The notes: generated from the letters alone by a model not told the origin. Shown: positions 24,471 to 37,470, counted from the first letter of the stretch. The stretch: DNA of 64,000 bases from Macrostomum lignano (GCA_002269645.1 NIVC01000126.1:558001-622000), one strand, 5' to 3'. A program made the numbers and translations.

Positions 24471-25647
24471 AGTGAGCGCCCCATTTGGAATCCTATTTTT
24501 GTTATTGAGGAACAGGGGCTCACTGTCAGCTGTGGCTAGCTAATGCAGAATGTGTTACTGAGTGCTTGTCCTATTCATACAAAAAATAGTTTTTTTTCTG
24601 CTAGACAAATAATAACATGGAGTCCAAATTTTATACAATGCAAGTAGTATTTATAAAAAACTATTTCTTGTGCCTTCTGACTGAACTATATTGTATAAGA
24701 TTATTAAGACCACTTTTAAAAAACTTTTTCATTGATTTTGTGATGGTATCAATTAAAAACAATCCACAAATGGCAATTATATAATAATTTATGCAGGTAT
24801 CAACTTTATCTCTGGGACTATCATATATTGTATCTATGTCAAATATTTAAGGTTTAAAGATACAAAAGCAAAGAAAAAAACCTAAAATTCAAATATGTAT
24901 ATCAACCTATAAGAAAAAATATAAAAGTTTCTTATTTTACCACTTGAGTTTTTTGTCTATATGGGACCTTTCTGTATAAATGGTCAAAAATAAATAGTCT
25001 AAGCATTTTTAATTTATGGATAATAAGTATAGCTTCATATAGGTCTATTATATAATGGCATTTAAAAATGTCAATGATTTTGTGTCATGATTTCATATGC
25101 CATTTTTGTTGTTTAATAATACTATATTATATATTAAAGTGCTTTTGAATTACTTAGGTACCTTGCTTTCGCTTTTTATTTCTATAATAATACAGTCCTT
25201 ATAGAAAAATATATAATAAAACTCAGTAGGGAGGGGTGCTTGTTGTCCTCCCCCCTATATTTACTACCAATGAAAGTTAATAATTGTTGGAAATATTTCA
25301 ATTATAACATTTATAAAACATAATGAAAAATATAAAATCATTACTTTTTATAGATAAAAAGATAATTACAAAAATAGGAAACTCAAGTCAGATAGTTATC
25401 TGACATTAAAAAACTAACAGACTGTCAAGCATTCATGGTTTGAATTCAGGATGGCCCAATGCCAAGATTAATTTTAAGGTACCATGACACATGCTTTGAC
25501 ATAATAACCTAGTTAAATTATGGATAATGAGCAGATGACTTGTTTCTTTTATGTTATAAAGTACTTGGCTAGGTTTTATTATTTTGGCCAAATCATTTTC
25601 TAGAATTAATATAGTATTTGTAAATATTATAATCTTCTGCTGCAAAT

Positions 25648-28600
25648 ATGACACTGACTGGGTTGCTCGGATCAATGTTGCTATTGGTATTAGCTATGCC
25701 ACTGCAAATGGCACTGGCTCAGTACTGGTGGAACTGGGAGGCTGTACTGCAAGGATTTATGACGCCCTACTTCACTCCCGTACCGAACTCTCGGTTCACC
25801 CACACTCCCTACATTACTTCGTTGTCGCCAAATGAATACGACGTTATCGTGAACGTGCCTAAGGCTGGTATGGGCGCTTATATTGGCCACTCGGGCTGGG
25901 TTGACTATGATTACACCTGGACTCAGTGGCCCGCGCCTAAAGGTCGTTTTGTCAATTATTTTCTTGGCATTCCGTATGCCGCTCCGCCTGTTAATGACCA
26001 GAGATTCCGGATTCCTAGGCCTGCGTTTTTGGATGTCAGGTTTGTTAGTTTCTTATATTCTTTATATTCTCATAATCTGTGTAATGGTCGCTATGTACAA
26101 TCGGCAAGTCGTGTGGCAATGTAACTTTGAGGGCAGAAGCGGTCCCACCAGTAGACACACAGCAGAGGGCAGAAGCGGTCCACCAGTAGACACAGAGGGC
26201 AGAAGCGGTTACGTCAGGGGACACAGCAGAGGGCAGAAGCGGTTACATCAGGGGACACAGCAGAGGGCAGAAGCGGTTACATCAGGGGACACAGCAGAGG
26301 GCAGAAGCGGTTACATTAGGGGACACTGCAGAGGGCAGAAGCGGTCTCATCAGGGGACACAGCAGAGGGCAGAAGCGGTTCCATCGGTGGACACAGAGGG
26401 CAAAAGCGGGTCTCATCAGGGGACACAGCAGAGCGCAGAAGCGGTCCCATCAGTGGACACATCAGAGGGCAGAAGCCAGACACAGAGTGGACACATCAGA
26501 GGGCAGAAGCCAGACACAGAGTGGACACAGAGGGCAGAGGCCAGACACAGAGGGCAGAGGCCAGACACAGAGTGGACACAGAGGGCAGAGGCCAGATACA
26601 GAGTGGACACATCAGAGGGCAGAAGCCAGACACAGAGTGGACACAGAGGGCAGAGGCCAGACACAGAGTGGACACAGAGGGCAGAAGCCAGACACAGAGT
26701 GGACACATCAGAGGGCAGAAGCCAGACACAGAGTGGACACAGAGGGCAGAGGCCAGACACAGGGTTTCACCGATGCCCCATCCACCATCGCCAGGCACGC
26801 GTGGCAGGCCAAGCGCTACAGGTCGGCCTGCATGCAGAACCCGGCCTACATGCAGGAACGCATACCAGGATTCAACGATTTCAACGAAGACTGTCTGTAT
26901 CTGAACCTGTTCTATCCTAACAACACATACGAGCCGCAGACTATGCTGTATCCTGTGCTAATATTTATTCACGGCGGCGACTTCGCTCACGGTAGCGCTC
27001 ACCTGTATCCGGGACACGCATTGGCCAGCCAGGGAGCCGTAGTCGTCACCTTCAATTATCGATTGGGCGTTTTCGGCTTCCTTAGTACCGGCGATTTTGC
27101 TTCGACTGGCAACTATGGACTGTGGGATCAGATTGAGGCTATGAAATGGGTTAGGGATAATATCAGGTGAGATTTGTGTGCGATATCATTTAATCAAATT
27201 CAAATTCGTGCCTCAGGATTCTTAATCCAATTCGAACCTAAGCCTCAGGATTCTTAATCCTATTTGAACTCGAGTCTCTGGATTCTTAATCCCATTCGAA
27301 CTCGAGTCTCAGGATTCTTAATCCTATTCGAACTCGAGTCTCAGGATTCTTAATCCCATTCGAAATCGAGTCTCAGGATTCTTAATCCTATTCGAACTCG
27401 AGTCTCAGGATTCTTAATCCCATTCGAACTCGAGTCTCAGGATTCCTAATCCCATTCTAAATCGAGTCTCGAGATTCTTAATCCCATTCGAAATCGAGTC
27501 TCAGGATTCTTAATCCCATTTGAACTCGAGTCTCAGGATTGTTAATCCCATTTGAACTCAAGTCTCAGGATTTTTACCCCATTCGAACTCGAGTCTCAGG
27601 ATTCTTAATCCCATTCGAACTCAAGACTAAGGTCTGGGGATTCTCAATACCGTTCGAACTCGAGTCTCGGTCCTCTTAAATCCTTTTGGAACCCAAGCGT
27701 TAAGATTGTTAATCTCACTTGATCTCAATGCTCAGAATTCGTAATCCCATTCGAGATGAAGTCTCAGGATTCTTAATAGTACAAACTATTCGAACTCGCA
27801 TCTGTTTTGCAGGTACTTTCGCGGCGATCCGAGCTCAGTAACGCTGACTGGCGAAGGAAGCGGTGCAGACTCTGTTGGCATCCATCTGGTGTCACCGGTG
27901 TCCAGGGAGCTGGGCCTGTTCCACCGGGTGGCCTTGATGTCCGGCAGCGATCTTGGCGCTTGGAGCGTTAATAACCCGTTGCTAGTGAGAACAATGGACT
28001 ACGCTAAGGAGTTGGCTAAGCGTCTTGGCTGCAGCACTAGGGACACCTACTATATGGTGTACTGTATTCGGTAAGACTGTTTTTCAACTAACCGCATGAT
28101 TTTATGTACGAATGGTAGCTGGTCTACTCGTATGCGTCTAGCAAGTAATTATCTTTGAAAAAGCCACCTTTGACGGGTGCAACTCTACTTCAGCCATTGG
28201 AATAATAGTCTCTGAACTACTCTATCGTCCCTAAATTACTAGAAAATTGCTCTGCTCCTGTTTAAGAATCGCCTCTGATTCTTTCTAAGAATCACCTCTG
28301 ATACTTTCTAAGAATCACCTCTGATACTTTCTAAGAATCACCTCTAATACTTTCTAAGAATCGGCTCTAATCTTTTCTAAGAATCGCCTCTGATACTTTC
28401 TAAGAATCACCTCTGATACTTTCTAAGAATCGGCTCTAATCTTTTCTAAGAATCGCCTCTGATACTTTCTAAGAATCACCTCTGATACTTTCTAAGAATC
28501 GGCTCTAATCTTTTCTAAGAATCGCCTCTGATACTTTCTAAGAATCACCTCTGATACTTTCTAAGAATCGGCTCTAATCTTTTCTAAGAATCGCCTCTGA

Positions 28601-30631
28601 TACTTTCTAAGAATCACCTCTGATACTTTCTAAGAATCGGCTCTAATCTTTTCTAAGAATCGCCTCTGATACCTTCTAAGAATCGCCTCTGATACTTTCT
28701 AAGAATCGCCTCTGATACTTTCTAAGAATCGCCTCTAATCTTTTCTAAGAATCGCCCTGATACTTTCTAAGAATCGCCTCTGATTCTTTCTAAGAAGCGT
28801 CCTTGAATAAAGCCTATTTCCCATCCCCAACAACCGCCAGCTACCTGCACCCGGACTCGGCTGCAATGCTCAGTGCAGCCTCCGCCGTGAAGCCTCATCA
28901 CCCGGCCTCGCCCTACGTGTGGACACCTGTAGTAGACGGCGAGGTCGGCCTGATACCGCGCGAGCCCGTAGTGGAAAGATCCCAGGGCCGGTTTGCTGCC
29001 CCGCCAGCTATTATGGGATTCACTCACGACGAGCTGGCTAAAGATGCGGATAGGAGGCTGCGGGAATGGGGCATCACTCCGCTGAGCTCTGGTGCGGATT
29101 TCACCGACAGCGATTTTGCCAAGGCGATTGAAAAATTTCTAGACTATTTGAAGGTAAGCAGTTTCTGTGTGTCCTTTTTGATTTCCTCTCTCTTGTCTCC
29201 TCTGTCCCCCTCTCTCTTGTCTCCTCTCTCCCCGTCTCTCCTGTCTCCTATCTCCCCCTCTCCTGTCTCCTCCCCCCCTCTCCTGTCTCCTCTCTCCCTC
29301 TCTCCTTTCTCCTATCTCCCCCTCTCCTGTCTCCTCTCTCCCTCTCCTGTCTCCTCTCTTCCTCTCTCTCCTGTCTCCTCTCTCCCAATCTCCTGTCTCC
29401 TCTCTCCACGTCTCTCCTGTCTCCTCTGCCCTCTCTCCTGTCTCCTATCTCCCCCTCTCCTGTCTCATCTCTCCCCTCTCTCCTGTCTCCTATCTCCCCT
29501 CTCTCCTGTCTCCTATCTCCCCCTCTCCTGTCTCATCTCTCCCCTCTCTCCTGTCTCCTCTCTCCTGTCTCCTCTCCCTCTCTCTCCTGTCTCCTATCTC
29601 CCCCTCTCCTGTCTCATCTCTCCCCTCTCCTGTCTCCTCTCTCCCCCTCTCCTGTCTTATCTCTCCCCTCTCCTGTCTTGTGTCTCCCTCTTTCTCTCTC
29701 CTGTCTCCCCCCTCTCCATCTCTTCTGCCTCCTCTCTCCACTCCTGTCTCTTCTCTCACCCGTCTAATGTCTGCAAAAATCCCCTAGTGTTTTAAATAAT
29801 CCCTTTCATGATTGGCGCACAATCCCCTCGCCGCAGGTGCGCCACATGAATGACACATACGAAGAGGTGTTCTTCCGCTACAACTGGTGGAGCCAGCCGG
29901 ACAACATGACAGCCAGGCGGGAACAGTTCATAGCCCTAATCTCGGACTGGGGCGTGAGGTCCGGTCTGGACTACGCTATCAAGATGCACTCGCAGCGGCA
30001 GCCAATCACGTACGCTTACGAATTCGCCTATCGCGGCTTGAACGACAGCACGCCAAAGCCGTTTGGCATTTATCAGGGCACCACCAGTCAGTTCCTGTTC
30101 GGTTTGCCATTCATGAACACGAGCTGGTGGCGAGAATTGCTAACGCCTCAACCGCCGCCCACACTGTTCCCCTGGGATCGAATCCTGGATTATAATATGA
30201 GCGAATTTGTTATGCAGATGTGGGTTAATTTTATGCGCTACGAGAATCCAACACCGTATGAGAATAGAAACTTCTCCTGGCTGCCCTATACTCTCCATGA
30301 GCAGAGCTATGCTCACCTGTTTATCAATGCATCGAATCGGAGAGCCTACCGGCCGAACCAGATGGCATTCTGGCGCCAGAGATATGAACTCGTGGCCGAA
30401 CCAATCGAACCTGTGCCCACTGAGTTTCCTTATCCATTGTACGAAGCTCAGATAGCAACTTATGTGCTCGGTATTGTATTGTTTATCTGTCTGATAGCGC
30501 TTGTTGGCATTATCGTCTTGCTAGTTCGGACACAGCGCTACGATCCGGACACGTACGTGCCGCCCGAGGACGCTTTCTCGGACGCTTTTAGGCAAGACTT
30601 TATTTCTGCAAAAAATGAAAGTCAAATCTAA
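25648..30631 (+). CDS. Type-B carboxylesterase/cholinesterase-fold, non-catalytic neuroligin-like single-pass membrane protein
   Basis: Exons 25648-26039, 26795-27166, 27813-28070, 28841-29153, 29837-30631, all phases consistent. Signal peptide; FLGIPYAAPPV, EDCLYLNLF, FIHGGDF, VVVTFNYRLGVFGFLS, GNYGLWDQIEAMKWVRDNI; nucleophile elbow GEGSG (Ser->Gly); His motif replaced (IYQG); TM IATYVLGIVLFICLIALVGIIVLLV; short tail ending ESQI. Confidence 0.93.
26120..26762. repeat. Composite GACACAGAGGGCAGAAGC-type minisatellite in intron 1 of the esterase-like gene
   Basis: Repeated CAGAGGGCAGA(A/G)GC and CAGACACAGAGTGGACAC units. Confidence 0.9.
27200..27795. repeat. 32-bp minisatellite (CTCGAGTCTCAGGATTCTTAATCCCATTCGAA) in intron 2
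   Basis: Period 32 (27301/27333), decaying toward the 3' end. Confidence 0.93.
28262..28795. repeat. 23-bp minisatellite (TCTAAGAATCGCCTCTGATACTT) with 3-unit (69-bp) higher-order pattern, intron 3
   Basis: Period 23 (28264/28287). GGCTCTAATC, GCCTCTGATA and ACCTCTGATA variants cycle. Confidence 0.93.
29185..29760. repeat. Polypyrimidine (CTCTCCTGT) low-complexity tract, intron 4
   Basis: Almost pure C/T with periodic GT. Confidence 0.92.
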
Positions 30632-31164
30632 TTTAATCATTTGATGTCTTTATTACACTACTTTAAACCAACTGCAACAGTAGTGCTAATCGATTTTGCT
30701 ATGGATATTTATCAAAACTGGTAAAATAATACGATTTTGTGGCAATTTAAATTTCAACTTTATTTAAAAAACAAAATTTGTTCTTTTAATTAAATACAGT
30801 CGTATTTTTCTGCTATAGCCATTATATGCATAGATGTTTCAAGTTAAAATGTAAGCATGAATTTTTTCTCTTTAATTTTATTAAAATTGGCTTTCATTAA
30901 TTTGCTTTATTGTAAATAATTGTTTTAATTATTAAAATTTTCACAACTTTTTTTATTAAAAATGCTAAAATGGTTTAAGCACGATTCAAACAGTAGCTTT
31001 TATGCTTTCCTAGTTTTCAGTTTTTAATACATTCCACAAAAAAGTGGTTATGTAGCATTGTTTCGCACGTTGAGTTCTTGCGGTTCATGTCGGTTATGTC
31101 ATCGTATTTTTTTACTTGCAGTGTGTTGTACTTTCTTCTGTTGCTGTGCCACTGCCGCCCTATC

Positions 31165-31665
31165 AGATCCTCAGTTGCTGGGCCACCGCTACCCTCCCAG
31201 ATCCTCAGTTGCTGGGCCAGCCTCCCATATCCTCAGTTACTGGGCCAGCCTCCCATATCCTCAGTTGCTGAGCCAGCCTCCCAGAGTGTCAGTTGCTGGG
31301 CCAGCCTCCCAGATCCTCAGTTGCTGGGCCAGCCTCCCGGATCCTCAGTTCTGGGCCAGCCTCCCAGATCATCAGTTGCTGAGCCAGCTTCCCAGATCCT
31401 CAGTTCTGGGCCAGCCTCCCAGATCATCAGTTGCTGAGCCAGCTTCCCAGATCCTCAGTTCTGGGCCAGCCTCCCAGATCCTCAGTTGCTGGGCCAGCCT
31501 CCCAAATCTTCAGTTGCTGGGCCAGCCTCCCAAATCTTCAGTTGCTGGGCCAGCCTCCCAGAGTGTCAGTTGCTGGGCCAGCCTCCCAAATCCTCAGTTG
31601 CTGGGCCAGCCTCCCGGATCGACGGTTGCTGGGCCAGCCTCCCGGATCGACGGTTGCTGGGCCAG
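31165..31665. repeat. 28-bp minisatellite (CAGTTGCTGGGCCAGCCTCCCAGATCCT)
   Basis: Repeated units downstream of the esterase-like gene. Explains the overlapping ORFs 31058-31821. Confidence 0.92.
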
Positions 31666-32094
31666 TATCATTTGATGCGGTGTTTACATTTATTAAAATA
31701 TGGAACTTTGGTATTAGCTGTGTATAACAACATTCCCATGGAGTTCATTCCACACGGACTTATCCATAAAATTTATTACATATCAACTGATTTAGCGTAT
31801 TTCGCTGTTACATTCCAATGAAATGACAACAATCCAAGCTTCATTGCTTTTTTATTTACTGGCTCTGCTCGTTACCAATCCAGATATGGTTATAACGTTG
31901 CTCTCTGGGTGTTAATATAACTATGTGTCTTCGTTACATTTTTATCCTAAGTATGTGTGTAAATTTTTTCATTGTAAATGTACTTCTGTAATTTCGTATG
32001 CCTTAATAAATACACTTGCTTGCAGCTGTTATTTATTAATGCTAATGTTAAAAAAATAGTTTGTCCTTTTCTTTCCGAAATAGTTTTTCAGAGA

Positions 32095-32912
32095 CGAGGA
32101 TTAATCTGAGAATAGTTATTAAACTAAGGATGAGTATTAATCTGAGGATAATTATTAATCTGAGGATAATTATTAATCTGAGGATAATTATTATTCTCGG
32201 GAAAATTATTAATCTGAGGGTAATTATTAATCTGGGGATAATTATTAATCTGAGGATAGTTATTAATCTGAGGACAATTATTATTCTCGGGAAAATTATT
32301 AATCTGAGGGTAATTATTAATCTGAGGACAATTATTATTCTCGGAAAAATTATTAATCTGAGGATAATTATTAATCTAGGGATAATTATTAAACTAAGGA
32401 TGAGTATTAATCTGAGGATAATTATTAATCTGAGGATAATTATTAATCTGAGGATAATTATTATTCTCGGGAAAATTATTAATCTGAGGGTAATTATTAA
32501 TCTGGGGATAATTATTAAACTAAGGATGAGTATTAATCTGAGGATAATTATTAATCTGAGGATAATTATTAATCTGAGGATAATTATTATTCTCGGGAAA
32601 ATTATTAATCTGAGGGTAATTATTAATCTGGGGATAATTATTAATCTCGGGAAAATTATTAATCTGAGGATAGTTATTAATCTGAGGACAATTATTATTC
32701 TCGGGAAAATTATTAATCTGAGGGTAATTATTAATCTGAGGACAATTATTATTCTCGGGAAAATTATTAATCTGAGGATAATTATTAATCTAGGGATAAT
32801 TATTAATCTGAGGATAATTATTATTCTCGGAAAAATTATTAATCTGAGAACAATTGTTATTCTGGGGAAAATTATTATTCTGGTGATAATTACTAATCAG
32901 AGGATAATTATT
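32095..32912. repeat. AT-rich 18-bp minisatellite (ATTATTAATCTGAGGATA)
   Basis: Period 18 with 21-bp variants. Source of the IINLRI ORF. Confidence 0.93.
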
Positions 32913-33007
32913 TAAGTCAGTCTAACTATACGATGAAGGTTTATAAAATCTATAAATTACTAAACAATGTCACCTAATGGCATAAACTTTCATGCCCCAG
33001 TGTTGCA

Positions 33008-33451
33008 ATGTCCCTATCAGGATTAGCTCGCGCCAGATGTGCACTGACTAGTTTAATAAACCAGCTGTCAATCAGATTCTTTCCGCCATCGTTTAGTCCA
33101 GCCCTGGCTGCTGTAACGGACTCTCCCTGTGCCCAGCATCCGCTGCCAGTTATTAATCTCAAAGACGAGCAAATTCGCCTGGCTGTGCCGAAACGGCGGC
33201 GAACAATCGAAACTCGCGCTACCAGGCGAATCACGCGGTTTGCTAACATTGTTGTGCCGATGATGGCTACTGCTAGGGTGGTGTCCTGTCCCAGCTGCGG
33301 CAACAGGCACGAGCGTGGCGTGGTGTGTCCGCTGTGTTATGAGCGAATCCGGGATGGCACTGATCAACAGAACGGCAGTGTCGGTTGCGAGTCTGACGGA
33401 ACTGCAGCACCGCATCCTAGCGCTGACACCGTTTCTGCAAGCAAAAACTAA
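33008..33451 (+). CDS. MRPL32: Mitochondrial large ribosomal subunit protein bL32m, 147 aa, intronless
   Basis: Basic/amphipathic N-terminal presequence, then LAVPKRRRTIE and the zinc ribbon CPSCG...VVCPLCYE typical of bL32m. Confidence 0.9.
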   Translation: MSLSGLARARCALTSLINQLSIRFFPPSFSPALAAVTDSPCAQHPLPVINLKDEQIRLAVPKRRRTIETRATRRITRFANIVVPMMATARVVSCPSCGNRHERGVVCPLCYERIRDGTDQQNGSVGCESDGTAAPHPSADTVSASKN

Positions 33452-33577
33452 AGACCAATTTTCTCTGATTTCTGTTGCATTCATATCTGCTTTGTTATAC
33501 TAGTTGTAAAATAAAATAAACAGCATATTAGGGTTTTATGGGTTGATTGTAAGATTAATCAGTACAAAGACTGCGAT

Positions 33578-34535
33578 TCTATGATTAGTGCTGTTAGAAC
33601 AAAGACTGTAGGTTATCGATCACTGAGACTATATGATTAGTGCTGTTAGAACAAAGACTGTAGGTTATCGATCACTGAGACTATATGATTAGTGCTGTTA
33701 GAACAAAGACTGTAGGTTATCGATCACTGAGACTATATGATTAGTGCTGTTAGAACAAAGACTGTAGGTTATAGATCACTGAGACTTTATGATTAATGCT
33801 GTTAGAACAAAGACTGTAGGTTATAGATCACTGAGACTATATGATTAGTGCTGTTAGAACAAAGACTGTAGGTTATCGATCACTGAGACTATATGATTAG
33901 TGCTGTTAGAACAAAGACTGTAGGTTATAGATCACTGAGACTTTATGATTAATGCTGTTAGAACAAAGACTGTAGGTTATAGATCACTGAGACTATATGA
34001 TTAATGCTGTTAGAACAAAGACTGTAGGTTATAGATCACTGAGACTATATGATTAATGCTGTTAGAACAAAGACTGTAGGTTGTAGATCACTGAGACTAG
34101 ATGATTAGTGCTGTTAGAACAAAGACTGTAGGTTATAGATCACTGAGACTATATGATTAATGCTGTTAGAACAAAGACTGTAGGTTATAGATCACTGAGA
34201 CTATATGATTAATGCTGTTAGAACAAAGACTGTAGGTTATAGATCACTGAGACTTTATGAATAGTGCTGTTAGAACAAAGACTGTAGGTTATCGATCACT
34301 GAGACTATATGATTAATGCTGTTAGAACAAAGACTGTAGGTTATAGATCACTGAGACTATATGATTAATGCTGTTAGAACAAAGACTGTAGGTTGTAGAT
34401 CACTGAGACTTTATGAATAGTGCTGTTAGAACAAAGACTGTAGGTTATCGATCACTGAGACTTTATGAATAGTGCTGTTAGAACAAAGACTGTAGGTTAT
34501 CGATCACTGAGACTTTATGAATAGTGCTGTTAGAA
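33578..34535. repeat. 52-bp tandem repeat, ~18 copies
   Basis: TGATTAGTGCTGTTAGAACAAAGACTGTAGGTTATCGATCACTGAGACTATA, period 52 (33601/33653). Confidence 0.96.
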
Positions 34536-35084
34536 GATTATAACTTAAACTTGCATGCCCTGCAATGGATCAGTACAAAGACTACTTCATCAAATGCTGT
34601 AATTGTAACAAAAGTGCATTCTAAATTAGGCAAATTAACTACAGGAGTGGGTTATTTTTAATGATAGAAAAATAATTTTAATAGCATTTTGTCATCTCCA
34701 AGTATATTATATTATATTGTATGATTTTATTGCTGTTATTCAATTAGCAATCATAATTTCTTATGAAATAACTTAAACAAATTTGCGCGTAGATTATGCG
34801 CTGTCTTTTGCGCACCTATGAATTAAAGAAAGAAACTGTCTTCTCTTCAATATATTTATTCAATTTAGTAAAAATGACAGTATGACAGTATCGCATCGCA
34901 GTAATAAATTCCTAGGAAAAATACTCTAGCATTATAGGAATTTTTATAATTTGCTTTTAAATCTGCTCAGGTTACAAGAGTTAAAGAGCTTGGACTTTTA
35001 TTGTACACTAATTTGTGTATTTGTACTTTGTGAATATAATTTATTCATTTTTACAAGCTAAGTACGTGCACCGAAAGGGAAATG

Positions 35085-35461
35085 GCTTCAAGGGAAGTGG
35101 CGTCAAAAGGGAAGTGACGCCAGAGGGAACTCACGCCAAAAGAAACTGGCGCCAAAGGAAACTAGCGCCAAAGGGAACTGGCGCCAAAAGGAACTCCACA
35201 CCAAAGGAAACTGGCGCCATAGGGAACTGGCGCCAAAAGGGAACTGGCGCCAAAAGGAACTCCACACCAAAGGAAAACTAGCGCCAATAGAAACTGCCAC
35301 CAAAGGGAACTGGCGCCAAAGAAACTGGCGCCAAAGGGAACTGGCGCCGAAGGGAACTGGCGCCATAGGGAACTGGCGCCAAAGGGAACTGGCGCCAAAA
35401 GAAACTCACGCCAAAAGGATTTGGCGCAAAAAGAAACTGGCGCCAAAAGGGAATCGGAGCC
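35085..35461. repeat. Degenerate ~16-bp GGCGCCAAAGGGAACT array
   Basis: Repeated (T/G)GCGCCAAA.GG units ending at AATCGGAGCC. Confidence 0.85.
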
Positions 35462-35550
35462 AAACAAAAGGAAGGTCGGCAGCAATGAAAAAGTGAAATA
35501 AATGCTAGCATTTGGCTTTAGATAAGCCCTGTTAAAACTAAGAGAACTCA

Positions 35551-35940
35551 TCAGTCCTGCGACCAGCGCTTTCTGGGATCCCTGGGCGCTCCGTTCCTCC
35601 AGGAGAAGCGCAGTAGCGCCCAGCTGGCCCGCAGCCGCTTGTCCAGCTGGAACATGAGCAGCAGGATCGGCGGCGCGGTCAGGCAGAAGCCAGTCGCCAC
35701 CACGACCGGGTACCAGTCGAAACAGCTGGCACCGCGGCCGCGAGCGCTCGAGGAGACGTCCAAGAATGTTGGGAAAGTGATCAGAGTCCAGAACAGGACC
35801 ACACCGGCTGATGTGTGACGCAGAGTTCTGGACACCTGCTCCCTGCTGCGTCTGTAGTCCAGGTACATCTGCAGCTGTCTGTCAGTGCTGTCCTTCAGTT
35901 GCTGCTGAGAGTCTTTCAATCCGCTGAATGAGACGCTCAT
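35551..35940 (-). CDS. Hypothetical small two-TM membrane protein (129 aa)
   Basis: GC/CpG-rich open frame in an AT-rich background, with two hydrophobic segments (AGVVLFWTLITFPTFL; WYPVVVATGFCLTAPPILLLMF). Acceptor-like sites just upstream and a GTGAGT donor at ~37625 suggest an upstream exon. Family not recognised. Confidence 0.5.
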   Translation of the reverse strand: MSVSFSGLKDSQQQLKDSTDRQLQMYLDYRRSREQVSRTLRHTSAGVVLFWTLITFPTFLDVSSSARGRGASCFDWYPVVVATGFCLTAPPILLLMFQLDKRLRASWALLRFSWRNGAPRDPRKRWSQD

Positions 35941-36359
35941 TGTTGCTGTTGTATTGCTTGCCCTGGGGACTGATATTAACCTAGCAAAACTTTTGGCGAA
36001 AAACTTGAAAAATGTGCTGTTTGATATTTCTTATATAACTCTACGTAGGTAGGTAGGTAGGCAGGTACGTACGTAGGTAGGTAGAGCTCTTTTGACATTG
36101 TGCTTTTCGTTGCTTTTCTGCCTCATATCTTACTCAGTGATTACAAAAATGACGCTCTTTGCTTGGCTCTGCTTTTATTCTAAGCCTGCTTGCGATAAGA
36201 CTGACCGTGTCTGTGCTCTGTCTGTCAGTTTGCTGGGATGGGCATTGGGTGAGTTCTGCTCATGCCATTTTTGTTTTGTGCGCTACCTGTAACTGGCTGT
36301 ACATGTGTGCAGAGCCTGTGTTCTGCCGTCTGTTTACTGGTTTAGTTGTAGGAATGTTC

Positions 36360-37470
36360 TAGTGTCTGTCTGTATCTCTGTGTCTCAGTGTCTGTCTGTC
36401 TGTGTCTCTGTATCTGTGTGTCTGTGTCTGTCTGTCTGTCTGTCTGTGTCTGTGTCTGTCTGTCTGTCTGTGTTTGTCTGTATCTCTGTGTCTTTGTCTG
36501 TCAGAGTGTGTCTGTGTCTGTCTGTCTGTCTGTGTCTCTGTGTCTGTCTGTATCTCTGTGTGTCTGTGTTTGTCTGTATCTCTGTGTCTGTCTGTCTGTG
36601 TCTGTGTCTCTGTATCTGTGTGTCTGTCTGTCTGTCTGTGTCTGTGTCTGTCTGTCTGTGTCTGTCTGTATCTCTGTGTCTCTTTGTCTGTCAGAGTGTG
36701 TCTGTGTCTGTCTGTCTGTCTGTCTGTCTGTGTCTCTGTGTCTGTCTGTATCTCTGTGTGTCTGTGTCTGTCTGTATCTCTGTGTCTGTCTGTCTTTGTC
36801 TGTGTCTGTCTGTATCTCTGTGTCTCTGTGTCTGTCTGTCTGTGTCTGTGTCTGTCTGTATCTCTGTGTCTCTGTGTCTGTCTGTCTGTGTCTGTGTCTG
36901 TCTGTCTGTCTGTGTCTGTCTGTCTGTCTGTCTGTGTCTCTGTGTCTCTGTGTCTGTCTGTCTGTCTGTGTCTGTCTGTGTCTCTGTGTCTTTCTTGTCT
37001 GTGTCTTTCTGTGTCTCTGTGTCTGTCTGTCTGTGTCTCTGTGTGTCTGTGTCTGTCTGTCTGTGTCTCTGTGTCTGTCTGTATCTCTGTGTGTCTGTGT
37101 CTGTCTGTATCTCTGTGTCTGTCTGTCTGTGTCTGTGTCTGTCTGTATCTCTGTGTCTCAGTGTCTGTCTGTCTGTGTCTCAGTGTCTGTCTGTCTGTGT
37201 CTCTGTATCTGTGTGTCTGTGTCTGTCTGTCTGTCTGTCTGTGTCTGTGTCTGTCTGTCTGTCTGTGTTTGTCTGTATCTCTGTGTCTTTGTCTGTCAGA
37301 GTGTGTCTGTGTCTGTCTGTCTGTCTGTATCTCTGTGTCTGTCTGTCTGTGTCTCTGTATCTGTGTGTCTGTCTGTCTGTCTGTGTCTGTGCCTGTCCGT
37401 CTGTCTGTCTGTCTGTCGGTCTGTCTGTCTGTCTGTCTGTCTGTCTGTGTGTGTGTGTGTGTGTGTGTAT
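36360..37470. repeat. Compound (TG)n/(TCTG)n microsatellite, 1.1 kb
   Basis: Mixed TCTG/TG/TATC units ending in a pure (TG)n tract. Confidence 0.96.

Noticed and set aside
32061-32915. 284-aa (IINLRI)n ORF
   Set aside because: 18-bp AT-rich minisatellite, with a TTG start and no non-repeat coding context.
32974-33484. Minus-strand ORFs over MRPL32
   Set aside because: Antisense shadows of a well-supported plus-strand gene.
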